From: Octopus vulgaris | Taxonomy: Eukaryota | NCBI GenBank assembly: GCA_951406725.2 | Contig: OX597823.1 | Location: 40,238,001-40,302,000 of the forward strand | Direction: 5' to 3' | DNA length: 64,000 nucleotides | In this document: one piece after another, positions 13,878 through 27,799 of the stretch | How positions within the stretch are numbered: the stretch's first letter is position 1 | Layout of the letters: each line of letters begins with the position of its first letter | Notes under the pieces: generated by a model | Databases searched by the model: none | Told to the model about the DNA's origin: nothing | The model's input: the letters and a program-made list of their open reading frames with translations, nothing else | Position numbers and translations under genes: made by a program

Positions 13878-15029
13878 TGTATGTAATCCAATTGCTGTTT
13901 GTTCATGTTGATTCCGAAGAAAGATAATAACTGTGGGGAGGTGAAGAACGTTGGGAGAGAGAGGAAAAAGAGAGAGAGAAAGAAAGAAATGAGAAAGAGG
14001 GAGAGAGAGTGAAGAAGAGAGAGAGAGAGAAAGAAGGAGAGAGAGAGAGAGAGAGATAGAGAGAGGACAGAATATTGGTTTTCCGCATAATTCGTTTCTG
14101 GTTAGGTTATCTTCAGATTTTTATTGATATTTTCACCTCTATTTTATGCTCACATCATTTCGCCGAGACTAATCTTTGCCATTCCAAGATTTCGGAACAA
14201 ATGTATGAAAACCGGAATAATTTCTTCTGTTAAATTGGAGAGGGACTGGTGTGCGTTAATTGAAGTACCGTGATCGTAATATCGATACAGAGGATGAAGC
14301 TAAGCTCATTGAGAAGCCTGAATGGAAAGCGATAGTCAACCACGGACCGTATCACGCAACCTATCTCGGAAACGAGGCTACGTTTAAATCTCGCTTATAC
14401 CCACTTACCTCTTCTTTCTACTCCTACTCCCCGGCTTTGTAGAGCTACCGTCAATACAATTATCGTCACCATCACCACTTCCAAAACCATCAGAACCACC
14501 AGCACCAGCACCGCCGCCGTCGTCGCCACCGCCGCCACCACCACCACCACCACCACCACCACCACCACCAGTACCAGCACCATCAGAAACACTACCACAA
14601 CCGCCACCAACAACAACCCCTTCACTACTATGAAGGTAACTACTACCACAGTCACCATACAACGACAACGATCGTCACCATGACCATCATCACTATCACC
14701 ATCACCACCACCACCACCACCATCATCACAACCACAACCACCACATCCATTATTACTACCATCACGACTATCAACTTCTAATCTACCACCACCATCTACA
14801 TCACTATCACCACCATCTACATCACCCTTACCACACTACCGCCGCCGCCGCCGCCACCACCATAATCACCACTACCACCACCACCACCAGCACTACTACT
14901 GCTGTCCACTTATTCACTCTTGCACCAACCCGAGAATATAATGGAAGAATTTTGCCGAAAAAATTGAGAATTAAGCCCTCGTTATAGCTTTTTGCTCTCT
15001 TTTTAGTTGTAGCAGCAGCAGCAGTAGTG

Positions 15030-15087
<58 letters not shown>

Positions 15088-15612
15088 ATGCAGCAGTAAC
15101 AGCAATAGTTTTTGTTGCTACCCAGACTTATATTGATCTTTGTTGTTGTTGTTATAGTAGTTCATTGCATAGTAAATGCAATGATAGCTTATGCTGTCGT
15201 TTCAGTTGTAGTAGTTGTAATTGCTGATAAAAGTGATAAGACAGAATTAATGGTTCAGTGGCTTACACCTTCACCAAAGTCTCTTGTATTCTTTATCACT
15301 TGCTCACCAGTATGTCGATGGTTCCCTTGTCCGAAGACTTGCTCAATTTCTTCGCTCACCAAGATTGATGACGTTCTGTCAAGAATTATTCTCGCTTCAC
15401 ATATATTTCTTTGCCTCGCGACACAAATATCTAAACCCCAGCTTTAATATCAAGATCAGCATATACATAGGAAGCTGGTCATTTCCAGCTCTTTGGCTGT
15501 GTCGGAATCATGAATCGATCTTTCAAACATACATGTAACTTTTTATTTTATATATGTATGTATGTATAGACAATTATGCGAATCAACAAATAAAACTTCT
15601 TGGATTGATATA

Positions 15613-15670
<58 letters not shown>

Positions 15671-15683
15671 TTGGATTGATATA

Positions 15684-15796
<113 letters not shown>

Positions 15797-16129
15797 AGTA
15801 AATAGAGAGAAAGCAAAGACCGAAAATTATCAGGCGATGAATATTCAAGTATAAATATACAGATATTTATAGTTTAGCAGAACAAACTTACACAGCGTAC
15901 AAACGACAGAGAAAATCAAAGATGTGAAGGTATAGTTTTACAAGCCCGACAGCTGTTTCTGGGGGCTCGGGGATTCATAATAATGTTGACAGATGTAGTT
16001 CAGCAGAATATGCAACCAATAATGGAAGCAAATAACCTTTGGATAAGTCGAGCCTGAGTTTTCAAGGTAGAAAAAAGCTAACATTCCAGATCATGATACA
16101 GAGAATGTGATCAGCAATCTCGATAACAT

Positions 16130-16285
16130 TAGTACCAGTTCTCAACTGGTACTTTATTTATCGACCTCAAAAGGAAGAAAGGTAAATTGAACCTCGGTGA
16201 AACATGAACTCAGAACGTAAAAAATGGATGAAATGTCGCTATGCCCTTTGCCCATCGTGCTAACGATTCTTCCACCTCGACGCCA
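16130..16285 (-). mobile_element. SINE family B copy
   Basis: Reverse complement of the 2959-3165 core. Confidence 0.7.
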
Positions 16286-16339
16286 TATTTGTTCCAAATA
16301 TTGAATTGCGAGCTACAGCATTGTAAAAGCACTAGATTA

Positions 16340-16595
16340 GTTCTGATCGAGCAGATATTTGGTAAAAGGCATTCCATCTCCGACTGAATCGTCTAAAAGC
16401 ACCAGCTCTGATCGAGCAGATATTTGGTAAAAGGCAACCCATCTCCGACAGCGTCGTCTAAAAGCACCAGCTCTGATCGAGCAGATATTTGGTAAAAGGC
16501 ATCCCATCTCCGACAGCATCGTCTAAAAGCACCAAGTTAGTTCTGATTGAGCAGATTTTTGGTAAATGGCAATCCATCCCCGACTACATCGTCAT
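16340..16595. repeat. 65-bp minisatellite, about 4 units
   Basis: Units start at 16340, 16405, 16470 and 16540 (G.TCTGATCGAGCAGATATTTGGTAAAAGGCA.CCATCTCCGAC...GTCTAAAAGCACCA). Confidence 0.95.
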
Positions 16596-16844
16596 TGGTA
16601 AAGGCGTATTCAATACTACGTTATATAACACATCCTCTTCATTTTTTAAGGCAACGCTCTCATGTTACCTCGTGTTGGAAGAGACAGGATAAATGTAAGC
16701 ATGACACTTAATGTGTTTATTACAAGTGGATAGTTCTTATGGTTGATAACATTTTATATATGTATCAAACGTTTATCATTTATTACGAGTGGTTAAAGCA
16801 AAATCGATGATTTGTAGCATTTAGTTACATCCCTTCATGTATCA

Positions 16845-17223
16845 TTCATCTTTTACTCGTTTTAGTCATTGGACTGTGGTCATGCTGGTGCACTGCGTTG
16901 AAAGTTTTAGTCGAAAAAAACGACTCTAGTACTTATTTGTAAGCGTGGTAAGTATTCCGTTGATATCTTTTGCCGAATCGCTCAGTTACCGGACGTAAAC
17001 AAACCAGCTTCGGCTGTCAAGCGGTGGTAGGGGACAAATACACACACATACATATATTCGATAGACTTTCATACAATTTACGTCAACCAAATTCACTTAC
17101 TAGGTATTAATCGCCCCGGGGTTATAGTAGAAGTCGCTTGATCAAGGTTCCGCGTGGTGGAAATGAATCGAAACCACGTGGTGAAAAAATGAGCTTCTTA
17201 ACCACACAGTCACGCTTGCGCCT
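16845..17223 (-). mobile_element. SINE family A copy (diverged)
   Basis: Reverse complement of 12242-12745. Confidence 0.75.
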
Positions 17224-17705
17224 AGTTTTGTCAAAACAGACGTTCAGTTTCGCTATTTCAAAGTCGATAAAACGCATACCAGTAATATCAGTTGAGAATA
17301 TACCTTTACACAGATGCGTGACTTTGTGCAAAAAATTAGAGTATTTAGGTGTAACCAGAGCTAAAGACGTCTTTATGTTGTCTTTAGGTTTGGCTTCACA
17401 TAAAGAGTTAATTATATGCACGCACACACGTACAGGAATTGATATCTTATTAGTCAGAGCCGAGTGATGCTGTGTGTGGTTAGTGTTCACTCGAAGAGAG
17501 CTAAACTACGTTTAGCTTCACATATATAAATACAGAAAAATATTCGGAGTAAGCAATTGAAACAGAATAAAATTAAAGTCGCCATCTGTATATCAAACTA
17601 TATGTAGATACACTGGTAGAAGGTATGATGGTGTGAAATTGTCTGAGATAGAATCTCTTCATAAACTTGGGTTAAAAACAATATGTATATATATACACAC
17701 ACACG

Positions 17706-17787
<82 letters not shown>

Positions 17788-18109
17788 CATGTACATATAT
17801 ATATATACACATATACACACAAATATATATATATATATACACACACACGCGTTTATGAATTTATGTTGCAAGATTCCTGGTGTGAAACTGTGTGTTGAAA
17901 CAGATGGATTAAGCGGAACTGGAGGATACACGTGGACAGAAAGGGTCGCTGAAGAGGTCACTGACGTTTGACGAAAGATTTCCGGACAATGAACATAAGA
18001 TAAAGTAAGAGCAATAATAAACGAGGGAAGGAACGAATATATAGTGCGTGTGTTTATTTGGCAAAAAAAAAGAAAGATAAACATGACTATCCCAAAATAT
18101 AAGTCCTAT

Positions 18110-18197
18110 TGTGCGACATCTTGGGTAAGTGTCTTCTACTCTAATCTCGGGCCGACCAAAGCCTTTGTAGACAGAAACTGAACGAAGCCCGTCGTAT

Positions 18198-18252
<55 letters not shown>

Positions 18253-18450
18253 TGTGTGTGTGTGTGCCACCATCGCTTGACAACCGATGTTGATGTGTTT
18301 ACGTCCCCGTAACTTAGTGGTTCGGTAAAAGTACCGGTAGAATAAATACTGGGCTTACAAAAAAAAATAGTCCTGGGGTCGATTTGTTCAACTAAAGGCG
18401 GTGCTCCAGCACGGCCGCAGTCAGATGACTGAAACAAATAAAAGAAAAAG
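18110..18450 (+). mobile_element. SINE family A copy, 5'-truncated
   Basis: Matches the body and tail of 12242-12745. Confidence 0.8.
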
Positions 18451-19683
18451 ATTATATATATATACATACACACACACACACACGTATATATAATATAGCT
18501 GACTGGAATGCAAGCACAATCACACTTTGTACATACACATATGACAACATATATGTATAAACAAAGCTGCAGAAACGGAGATTCAGAGATTCGTGATATA
18601 TATAGTCACGAATCAGCAGGATAAAACAAGATTGAACCAAGGGAAATAACTTAAATAAACTAATGGCTCGGCAGGATATAAATCAAGAAAATAGCGAAAT
18701 ATTGGATAGCGTGTGGGAAAAAAGTTTGTGGACAAATAATTGCATCTTATTTGGAGAAAGAAAGCAGACACCTACGGGTAATTGTTACTAACTCACAAGA
18801 AAAAAGTGAAAATAATTTGAAAAATAATACATTCTTATTCTTTATGAAGCATCGTTTCTTTTAACGTAGACGGTGGTAGGGTGTTTCTATCTTAATGGAT
18901 GTCGTCAGTGTAGCATAGTCAACACAAAACGGTTCATCAGTAGAGTGAAAATTTTACATGAAGAGGAATAGGTTAGAAACATTTTTGGTAGGTAGTAATT
19001 TGAATAATGTTAAACAAATCTGAAGCAAGGGAGATAAACACAAATAAAACTAGAGGAAATTTGAAGATAAATCATATACATATTGATGTATGGAATAACG
19101 AAGGCGAAAAATCTTAATGAATTTATATTTGTATTTTAATTAGAGAGAGAAAAATATAAGCCTAGAAACATAGATAATCATGTAATGATATACACAAACG
19201 AACACACACACTCTCACAGACACATGTAAACGCATGCATATGCACATGTATACATTCATACATGTAGGAAACATGCATAAGCACATAGGAACATAATATA
19301 TACATATACATGCACACGTACATAAATGTACCCCACCAAAATGCATACACATTATATACATGCTTACATACCGAAATTTCACCTAGACACAAACCCACAG
19401 ATATACATTCACGCGTATTTGTATGTATATATGTATTTCTACACACGTACACATACATATTCTCCCGCAGACACAAACACTTAAATGCAAACGCACATAC
19501 ACATACATACATGTATATTCACAAATGTAGTCACATAAAGGCACATATACATAGATATACTCATATCACTACATACAGAAATACCAACGCATACACATAC
19601 TTACACAGAAACACACACGTACACACACTAAAAATATCACATATATATGTATATATTTACTTACACACATATATACGTCTACA

Positions 19684-19725
<42 letters not shown>

Positions 19726-19739
19726 TATATACATCTACA

Positions 19740-19777
<38 letters not shown>

Positions 19778-21028
19778 TTCACGCTTGCGCTCACACGCAC
19801 ATATATATTTATACCACATTCTGAATATACTGTTACTGTCAGCAAGCTCTACTGGCAGACGTTAGTCAACAGAACCCTGGTAGCTAAGATGACTTACAGT
19901 TGCTAAAATGGCGTACGTTGTGTCATTGCACCAAGTGGTTTAGAATTACACCAATAGCTGCACATATATCGCAATTACAAGAATTTCTGTGGGAGCGGTT
20001 TTCCACTGAAAATACTCACTTCTTAGTAATTTTTCAAAGACATAAATATGTATTCATACGCAGCTATAGTTATCATACGTACGCATTTACACAACAGCGC
20101 TTATGGACACGTTTATCGCTGACTATGTATGGCTATCCGTACCTATGTACATGCATACACATCGACATATACACATAGAGACATTCGCACACACATAAAT
20201 ATTGACACATTTATCGATATACATGCATAACGATAACCATACACACACCAGACATGTGCCTTGAATAAAGCCTTGGTGTATGCAGTAGGCATTAAGAAAT
20301 AATGTCAACAAACGGCTTTATGCATAAGTATTGCGAGTACAGGGGGAATATTTGTAGAAATGTTAGGGCTTCAGACACAATGATTGGCATCGGTACTTGA
20401 TTCAATTCTCTGGGCTCTGGGTTCAAATCACGCCCAGGTCAACATTACCTTTCATCCTTTTCGTGTCGATAAAAGAGTACTAATCGAAAGTAGCGAACTG
20501 GCTGAACCGTAAAAACGCCAGGCCGGATGTCTTCCAGTATTTGTTTCGGCTTCTTGCGATGTAAGTTCAAATCTCGGCATGGACTACGTGGATGGTAGTC
20601 ATAATCTTTCATCTTGTTTAATACCGCCATCTGCTATCTTGGGTACCATTAGCAGAGTCCATTCTATAACAAGCATTCTAGTTATGCTTTCGTTGTGAAG
20701 ATACCTACCGCCCTCCTTCTCACAAGTCGAAGGGGCCTGTAGTGGATCGTGGGTATTGCGTTCCCTCCGAAGTAAAAGATAAAAAAGGAACACACACACA
20801 CACACACACATACACACATTCACACACACATATATAAACACATACATACATACATACTAATGTTTGATTTAACGTCAAGTTACAATAGAATTGTGCATTA
20901 AACTGGGCTGCCCAGTACATATTAAGATAGTACATACTTATATTTTAACAAGAACATTATTGAGACTCAAAACTTCGAAGTCACTATTCAGCAGATACTC
21001 TTCTTAAAGAATAATACACATACATATA

Positions 21029-22106
21029 AGAAGGTCGGCTAAAAAGTTCACAGGCTGACAAAGACAGTCTAAAGGAATGTGACCAAATGAATCTATTTTT
21101 CAATATAGTTCCTTTTGCGGTCCACACACTTCTTCCATCAGAGTTACACTGCTTGGATCCCATTGGCGAAGAAGTTTTCATCCTGTTGATTAAAAAAAAA
21201 AAAATCATCAACATCAGATATGACGTCATCATCACTGCGACACTGATTCCCAGCCTAGTGTTTTTCTCATAATAGGGAAGAGATGATAGTCAGATCGGGC
21301 TAAATCAGGTGAATAAAGACAGTGATCAACCAGTTCAAATCCTGTCACGCACAGCAGCCACAGAAACCAGAGACTTGTGTGCTGAAGCATTGTCCTGATG
21401 AATAAAGACCCTTCCGTGAGTTTTCCTGGTTGTTTGATCTTGATAACCTTTCGTAACCGCCTCAGCAAGTAGGCATAGTACTCTCTCTCTCTCCATTCCT
21501 TCTGAAGATAGTAAAAACACTGAGGCAATCAGCTTCTCTCCAGATGGTTATGAAGCAGGTGAAGAGGGGTGTTTCTATTGCATGGATTACCTCTTTGTCT
21601 CTGGCTCAAAGTATTGAACCCAAAACTCATTCTTGGCTAGGAAACGTTCAAAGAAACCAAATGGATCTGCTTGAAACTATGTCAGATTTTCCCTTGATCT
21701 GGTTTCAGAAGACGTGGCATCCACGGAGCTGGGACATTCGACAGTTGCAGGACGTCCAGACCTGGTGTCATCTTCAAGACTCCCTCTTCCCCTGATGAAT
21801 TCAGCTGCTCACTTTTACTCGGTGGATAAAACCAGAGCGACATTATCTAATGCTGCAAGCGTATCAGCATGAATGTCCTTGGGAGCTAACCCCCTTTTCT
21901 GTTGGTACTTGATAACTTTACAATGCCAAATTTTGTCTATTTTCAAGTCGCTATTATTTACATTTAGAGTTCTTTGAACAGTCATCAGTTTACTTGGAAA
22001 GAAACAATGCAATTATTAATACGTGTTGAAATTAATACGTGCAAGATTTCACAACTCTATCATCATTCCTTCATAGTAAGCCTATGAACTTTTCAGTCCA
22101 CTCTCG
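21029..22106 (-). mobile_element. mariner (DD34D) element with both TIRs, decayed transposase
   Basis: Imperfect ~28-bp TIRs (AAAAGTTCA.AGGCT) with flanking TA. Motifs include VIKY...KDIHAD, SLEDDTRSGRP, HQDNASAH and YSPDLARSDYHLF; stops and frameshifts present. Confidence 0.9.
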
Positions 22107-22341
22107 TACGTACTTACATATACGCATACATACATACATACATACATACATACATACATACATACATACATACATGCATACATACATACATACATACATA
22201 CATACTGTATATATATGTATGTATGCATACATATTGTATGTAAGTATCTCTCTATATAAACATATATATATATATATATATACTGCATATATGTATATAC
22301 ATATATATATGTACATATGTGTATATATATAGATATGTGTA

Positions 22342-22391
<50 letters not shown>

Positions 22392-22958
22392 ACATACAGA
22401 GAGAGAGAGAGAGAGAGAGGGAAAGAGAAAGAGAGATAGGTGGAAATAGAAAGAAGGCGAGAGAGAGAGATAGAGTGGGAGAGAGAAAGAAAGAAAGAAA
22501 GAAAGAAAGGAAGAACTTTTCGATATGTCACAGTTCGAGTTAAAAAGTTTTTTATTAAATATTTTTTTCTCATATTTTCTCATTATTAAGAGCTTTTGTC
22601 ATGAAGTTTACAACTTTCGTGTTTATAACTTTCATACTTTGTATACTATATTGGTTGTTTGAAGTAAGTTCAATGCTGCACAATATATTGCTGTTTGAAG
22701 TTCGGTCTATGGCGTGAAACTTTGTGGTTTCTGACTGGTGAGAAAATTTTTCATTCTCGAATTTTTTTTTAAGTATATGTTCGAACTATGAACTTGTATT
22801 TGTTCTGTTATACACTCCATGTTATATTTTACAAGATTTTAATAACGACACTGGTATCTACTGTACGTTTGGTTTGTGTATTTTTTCCCCTGTATAATGG
22901 ATTTGATTTATCTATGGGAATGCACTCACTGACAGATAGTTCTACAGAGAGAGAGAGA

Positions 22959-23012
<54 letters not shown>

Positions 23013-24176
23013 TAATTTTAATTGGGTACGTCATTATCATCACCGACACTCAGATATTTTTATTCAGAGTCCTAGGATTCGGGGCTGGTTTTCAAGTTCC
23101 CATAACGTATAAGTGACTGAGATCATAATATGCATCGCTTAATCCTTATATACCCACGTTGCGTTTTTGCAACGCAAATCCTGTTCCTACTTGTTTAGAT
23201 ATGAACTCGCCGGGAAGCATCTGACCGAGCATTCGAAATGTTCAGGAGGTGGTCGACACCCGTAGCTGAGAGCTGCATAGTGTCCTTCTCTTCCAGATTG
23301 TGAAAGCTTGCCATAACGTTTAATCTAAATACAGTGAAATTTTAAGACTTCATTTTTTATTGGACATATATGGGTTAACGAGATACCAGTCCGTCGCAAC
23401 GTTACCTATTTACAGCTCGGTGGACAGGATCAACGTGAAATGCGGAGTTTTGCTTAAGACTACAACGCGTCAACTATTCTGGGAATCAGTAAAAATCACG
23501 ATCTTCCGAACATTAGTGCAACACCTGAAACGTATTTCACTCATGAGATCTATCAAAAGTTTTTTCTTAGTAGATGAGAATTTACAAGATGCTCTAATCC
23601 TATCGACTACTGATATTCTGTATCTTTCGTTACCCTCACTCACAACCTCCTTGCACGTATAAGGATGTGTTTAAATTTTGTGTCATGTATACCAAAGTGC
23701 TATGTAACGTTTCTTATTTCTTCCTTTATATCTAAGAATGCAATGATATTGCTATGCAAATTTATGTTAGTTTTCTTGAACTAGGGATTTACAAGAGGAA
23801 TTATTTCGAGATTTTCTGTCAGTCTTTCAGCCTGTCCTTCCATATTTGTCCAATGGCTATGTCAGCAATAGTACTAGGTATAGATAATGGGTTTTTTAAA
23901 ATCTTAGAATGACTTTGATTTCGTGTTTTCTCACATAGTATCTATGAGGAGATATTTTCCCCCGAAACTATTGCTGCAGCGAAAGGTCTTCTCACGTCCA
24001 AATTTATAGGAACGTGTTAAATATGATTGAACACAGATATATTTAATTTAACCTTGCTTTGTGCACCACTGGTTAATCAAAAGATAAAGCTTAGTGCATG
24101 TCAGTGAATGTATTATTTGCTGATCATATATACATAAAAAACCCAGTTATTTCAGGGCTGAGGTTGATTGGTTCGG

Positions 24177-24232
24177 TATTCGTAGCTGATGAAGCGTAAC
24201 AATGCAGAAACACATGCGTCCTACAATCGAAT
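24177..24232 (+). ncRNA. Candidate type I hammerhead ribozyme
   Basis: AUUCGUAG-CUGAUGA-aGCG(uaacaa)UGCa-GAA-ACACAUGCGU-C|CUACaauCGAAU. Bulged stem I, GUC triplet, near-palindromic stem III; weak base of stem II. Confidence 0.55.
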
Positions 24233-24365
24233 GACATCATTCATTTCTCAGCGATGTGTTTCAACACATTTTCCATGAAAAGAAATGTTTCCGGACACTA
24301 TTTCTGCAGCGAATGGTTCTTCCCCATCCGATTGTATTCGGTCGTGTTTAATATGGTCATACATA

Positions 24366-24797
24366 CCTTTTATCTTTTATCTTTTACTTGTTTCAGTCAT
24401 TTACCTTCGGCCATGTAGGAGCACCGCCTTAAAGTATTTTTAGTCGAAAAAATCGACCCCAGGACTTATTTTTTAAAAGTTAGTATTTATTCTATCGGTC
24501 TCATTTGCTAAACTGTTAAGTTACGGGGACGTAAACACAGCAGCGGTTTTGAAGAAGTGGGAGGGGGAGAAACACAAACCCAAAGACACGCTCACACACA
24601 CACACACAGACACACACACACATATACACATGCGACGTGCTTCTTCCCGTTTCCGCCTGCCAAATCCACTCACAAGGCTTTGGTTGGTCCGAAGCTAAAG
24701 CTGAAGACACGTGCCCAATGTGCCACACAGTGGGACTGAACCAGCAACAATGTGGTAGAAAGCAAGCTTTTTACCTCACAGCCACGCCTTTGCCTTT
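24366..24797 (-). mobile_element. SINE family A, full length
   Basis: Reverse complement of 12242-12745. Confidence 0.85.
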
Positions 24798-24972
24798 CCT
24801 CATTAATATATAGAACATCGCTACCTGTTAAATGAGGCATCTGCAGATGCAGCACGAAGTTTTGTCATTGGACATTTTCCCCGCAGCAATTGTTTCTGAA
24901 AATTAAATGTTGAAGTGAATCTTATGGGTTTTTTTCTTAAATGGCTAACAAATATATTCGAAGCTGCAATTA

Positions 24973-25033
<61 letters not shown>

Positions 25034-25784
25034 AGTAATAAAACCACAAAAACCCTTGTGAAAATTAGCAACCCAGGGTTTCGTGAATGAACTTCAAAAT
25101 AAAACGAAATGTTGTATTATGTATATCGTAAAAATTACGTTAGTATTAGATAGATGTGTCTTAATTTCAGCTAAGATGTATTTTTTAAAATGCGGATAGC
25201 AAGAAAAATCCTCACTCCTAGTAGTTAAACATTTATTCGAGGTCTTTAAGTACTTCAAAAGGTGTGAAGAGAGGGTGATTTGTCTGGTATTTCTAGCATG
25301 TTGAACGAACATATAGAGGTGATGCATCAGTCTAAAATATAAATATTTAAAGCAGAGACATAGAAGATGAAATATTACAAAGCAGTTATTAACAGAACGT
25401 GCATTTAATATTAAAAACAATGATGAATTAATAAGATATATTAAATGAAAAAATATCACACAACTAAACATAAGCTTCAATAAAAATAATTCTGTCTACG
25501 GAGGAACGATGAAAACAAAATATTATTCGTATTAAAGAGATGGAGATTAAACACTATGCAATAAATATTTTTAGATGTCTTATATCACAAAAGCAAATCG
25601 AATTGTTTGAATACATCGTAAGACTGATCCGCGAAGTAAAAATTTCAAATAGCGTTGACCGTAATTTAGCCCGGTCTGGAAAACGGTATAACCGGTTAAT
25701 GTATATCACTTGACATGTATAATAGGACAAACAGATAAACACCTTTTCAGTTAAATATATTACTAATAATAATAGTTCAAATTT

Positions 25785-26009
25785 ATAGAAAAACGAAGAC
25801 AGGTGTTGAGCAACAAGCAAGTGTATTAGTTTGACGCACGGGAAAAATGGAAAAGGGCTTCACGTTTCGAGCCTACGCTCTTCGCCAGAAAGGAATAAAA
25901 GGGAATAGAGAGAATGGAAATAAAAGCATGTAGAGTTCAGTGGTCCAACATGGCACTCTCACTATCCATTTCTAAGTAAGTTTATATACATATATATATA
26001 TACATATCT

Positions 26010-26108
<99 letters not shown>

Positions 26109-26275
26109 GAAAAATGAAGACAGGCATAGGAACAACAAGCAAGGTATTGACGCTCGGGAAAAATAGAAAAGTCTTTCACGTTTCAAGCCTACGCTCTTCG
26201 ACAGAAAGGTATAAGAGGAAATAAATAGAGAATAAGAAAAAAAAACATCCAGAGTTCAGTGGTCCAACATGGCGA
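25785..26275 (-). mobile_element. Two direct copies (~25785-25955 and ~26109-26275) of a ~170-bp module with a hammerhead-like motif
   Basis: Copies separated by (TATC)n. Each has CUUU-CUG(G/U)CGA-a-GAGC(guag)GCUY-GAAACGUG-AA on the minus strand. Confidence 0.65.
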
Positions 26276-26285
26276 CATATGTGTA

Positions 26286-26327
<42 letters not shown>

Positions 26328-26328
<1 letters not shown>

Positions 26329-26596
26329 CACCGTGACCGACCAGGCTATCAGATGTTGCTACACATCACTGCTCACAACGTACTTCGCATTGTTTTAGCC
26401 TTCAAATGACGCCACCCCGCTGGCTAAGCGAACAGGCCAACAAAAGAGCGAGAGAAAGTTGTGGTGAGAGAGTCACCACTCCCTGCAAGAGGCTCGTGGA
26501 ACTTTAGGTCCTTTCGCTCAATAAACACTCACAACGCCCGGTCTGGGAATCGAAACCGCGTCTTACAACCGCGAGTCCGCTGCCCTAACCACTGGT
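26328..26596 (-). mobile_element. tRNA-derived SINE, head X plus tail 1
   Basis: Head matches 61534-61700 (CCAGTGGTTAG...GGTTTCGATTCCCAGACCGGGCG); the 3' half is unrelated to that copy. Confidence 0.8.
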
Positions 26597-26599
26597 GGC

Positions 26600-26674
<75 letters not shown>

Positions 26675-27670
26675 CCACCTGCTGTCACACACTTATCAGG
26701 TCAAAGGTTGGGAGTGCTAAAGTGATGTCTATATCTAATCCCGACTATAGAGCCACCTAAAACAGTTAGGAAGGCACGGTACATGTTTACTAATCCATAC
26801 ACGCTTGCAGGTGACACCAGATTATTCTATAAATGAATATACATTCACACTCATACTCACGCATTCCTTTCAAATGTTCAAAAGTTCGTTTTTAACGACT
26901 AAATATATATACGCTATGATTAACTAAAACCTGTGGACTCATAAATTATCTCAACACAATTATGATTTCTATTTTAATATATTCACTTATTTTGGTGGCT
27001 TCTACCCACTGAAGTTGTGATTTCAACTTTCACTTTCAATAAACTTTATCTTCAAGAATCTTCATATATCTTCAGAAATCACAAGGGTCTACAGGGTGTG
27101 ATGATTATGGTTGAAAAACCGCTCAGTTAATATTCCAACGCCGATGCAGTACTGTGTTCTTAGTTAACGCAATAGATTAGATGCACTAAATTTACCAATT
27201 GTTGAACGTGTAAAAACTGTCAGAGACAATGTTGTTAAGCTCTATGCTGTTTTGGTATATTAACATGTTGCCTGATAATTTACAGTACTAACATACTGTC
27301 CCCTCATGAGATGAAAATAGATATTATTTATGTTTGGTTTCTCCATAAAATTTGAGAACTGAATGATCTCTCAGAGCAATAGCAGTCATAAATTTAAAAG
27401 TTATTTCATATCTTAAGGGATTAAAAACTTGCTGCCGGTGTAGAACTTTTAGTTTCGTGCTAAATGTTTTTGTGACAACCAGCCAGCCAGACACAGATAC
27501 ACACACACACTCACACAGACGCACACAGGCACACAGACGCACACAGGCACACACACAGAGGTAGATCAATATCAACCTATGAATTTAAACACAAAACAAA
27601 AGAAGTCCAAAGGATATTCACAGTGAGTATTATCAGTTCGACGTTCGAAAAGAAATATTATAAAGGGTAA

Positions 27671-27703
27671 GTTGACGTTTCGAGTATAATCCTTCGTCAG
27701 AAA
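27671..27703 (-). ncRNA. Degenerate minimal hammerhead
   Basis: UUU-CUGACGA-aGGAuuauaCUC-GAAACGUC|AAC. Core and GUC intact; stems I and II weak. Confidence 0.45.
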
Positions 27704-27799
27704 TGTAAGGGAGTCCTGAGATGAGAAAAATGAGGGGCGAAAAAATAGAAAAAAGCACGTGTGTCACTACATGTTCGAATCATAACTACATATATGTAT

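Noticed and set aside
14085-14122. CUGAnGA...GAAA spacings here and near 2325, 7054, 18875 and 62700
   Set aside because: Required stems are absent; compatible with chance in AT-rich DNA.
16340-16595. CRISPR-like array
   Set aside because: Contiguous units without unique spacers, eukaryotic context and no cas genes.
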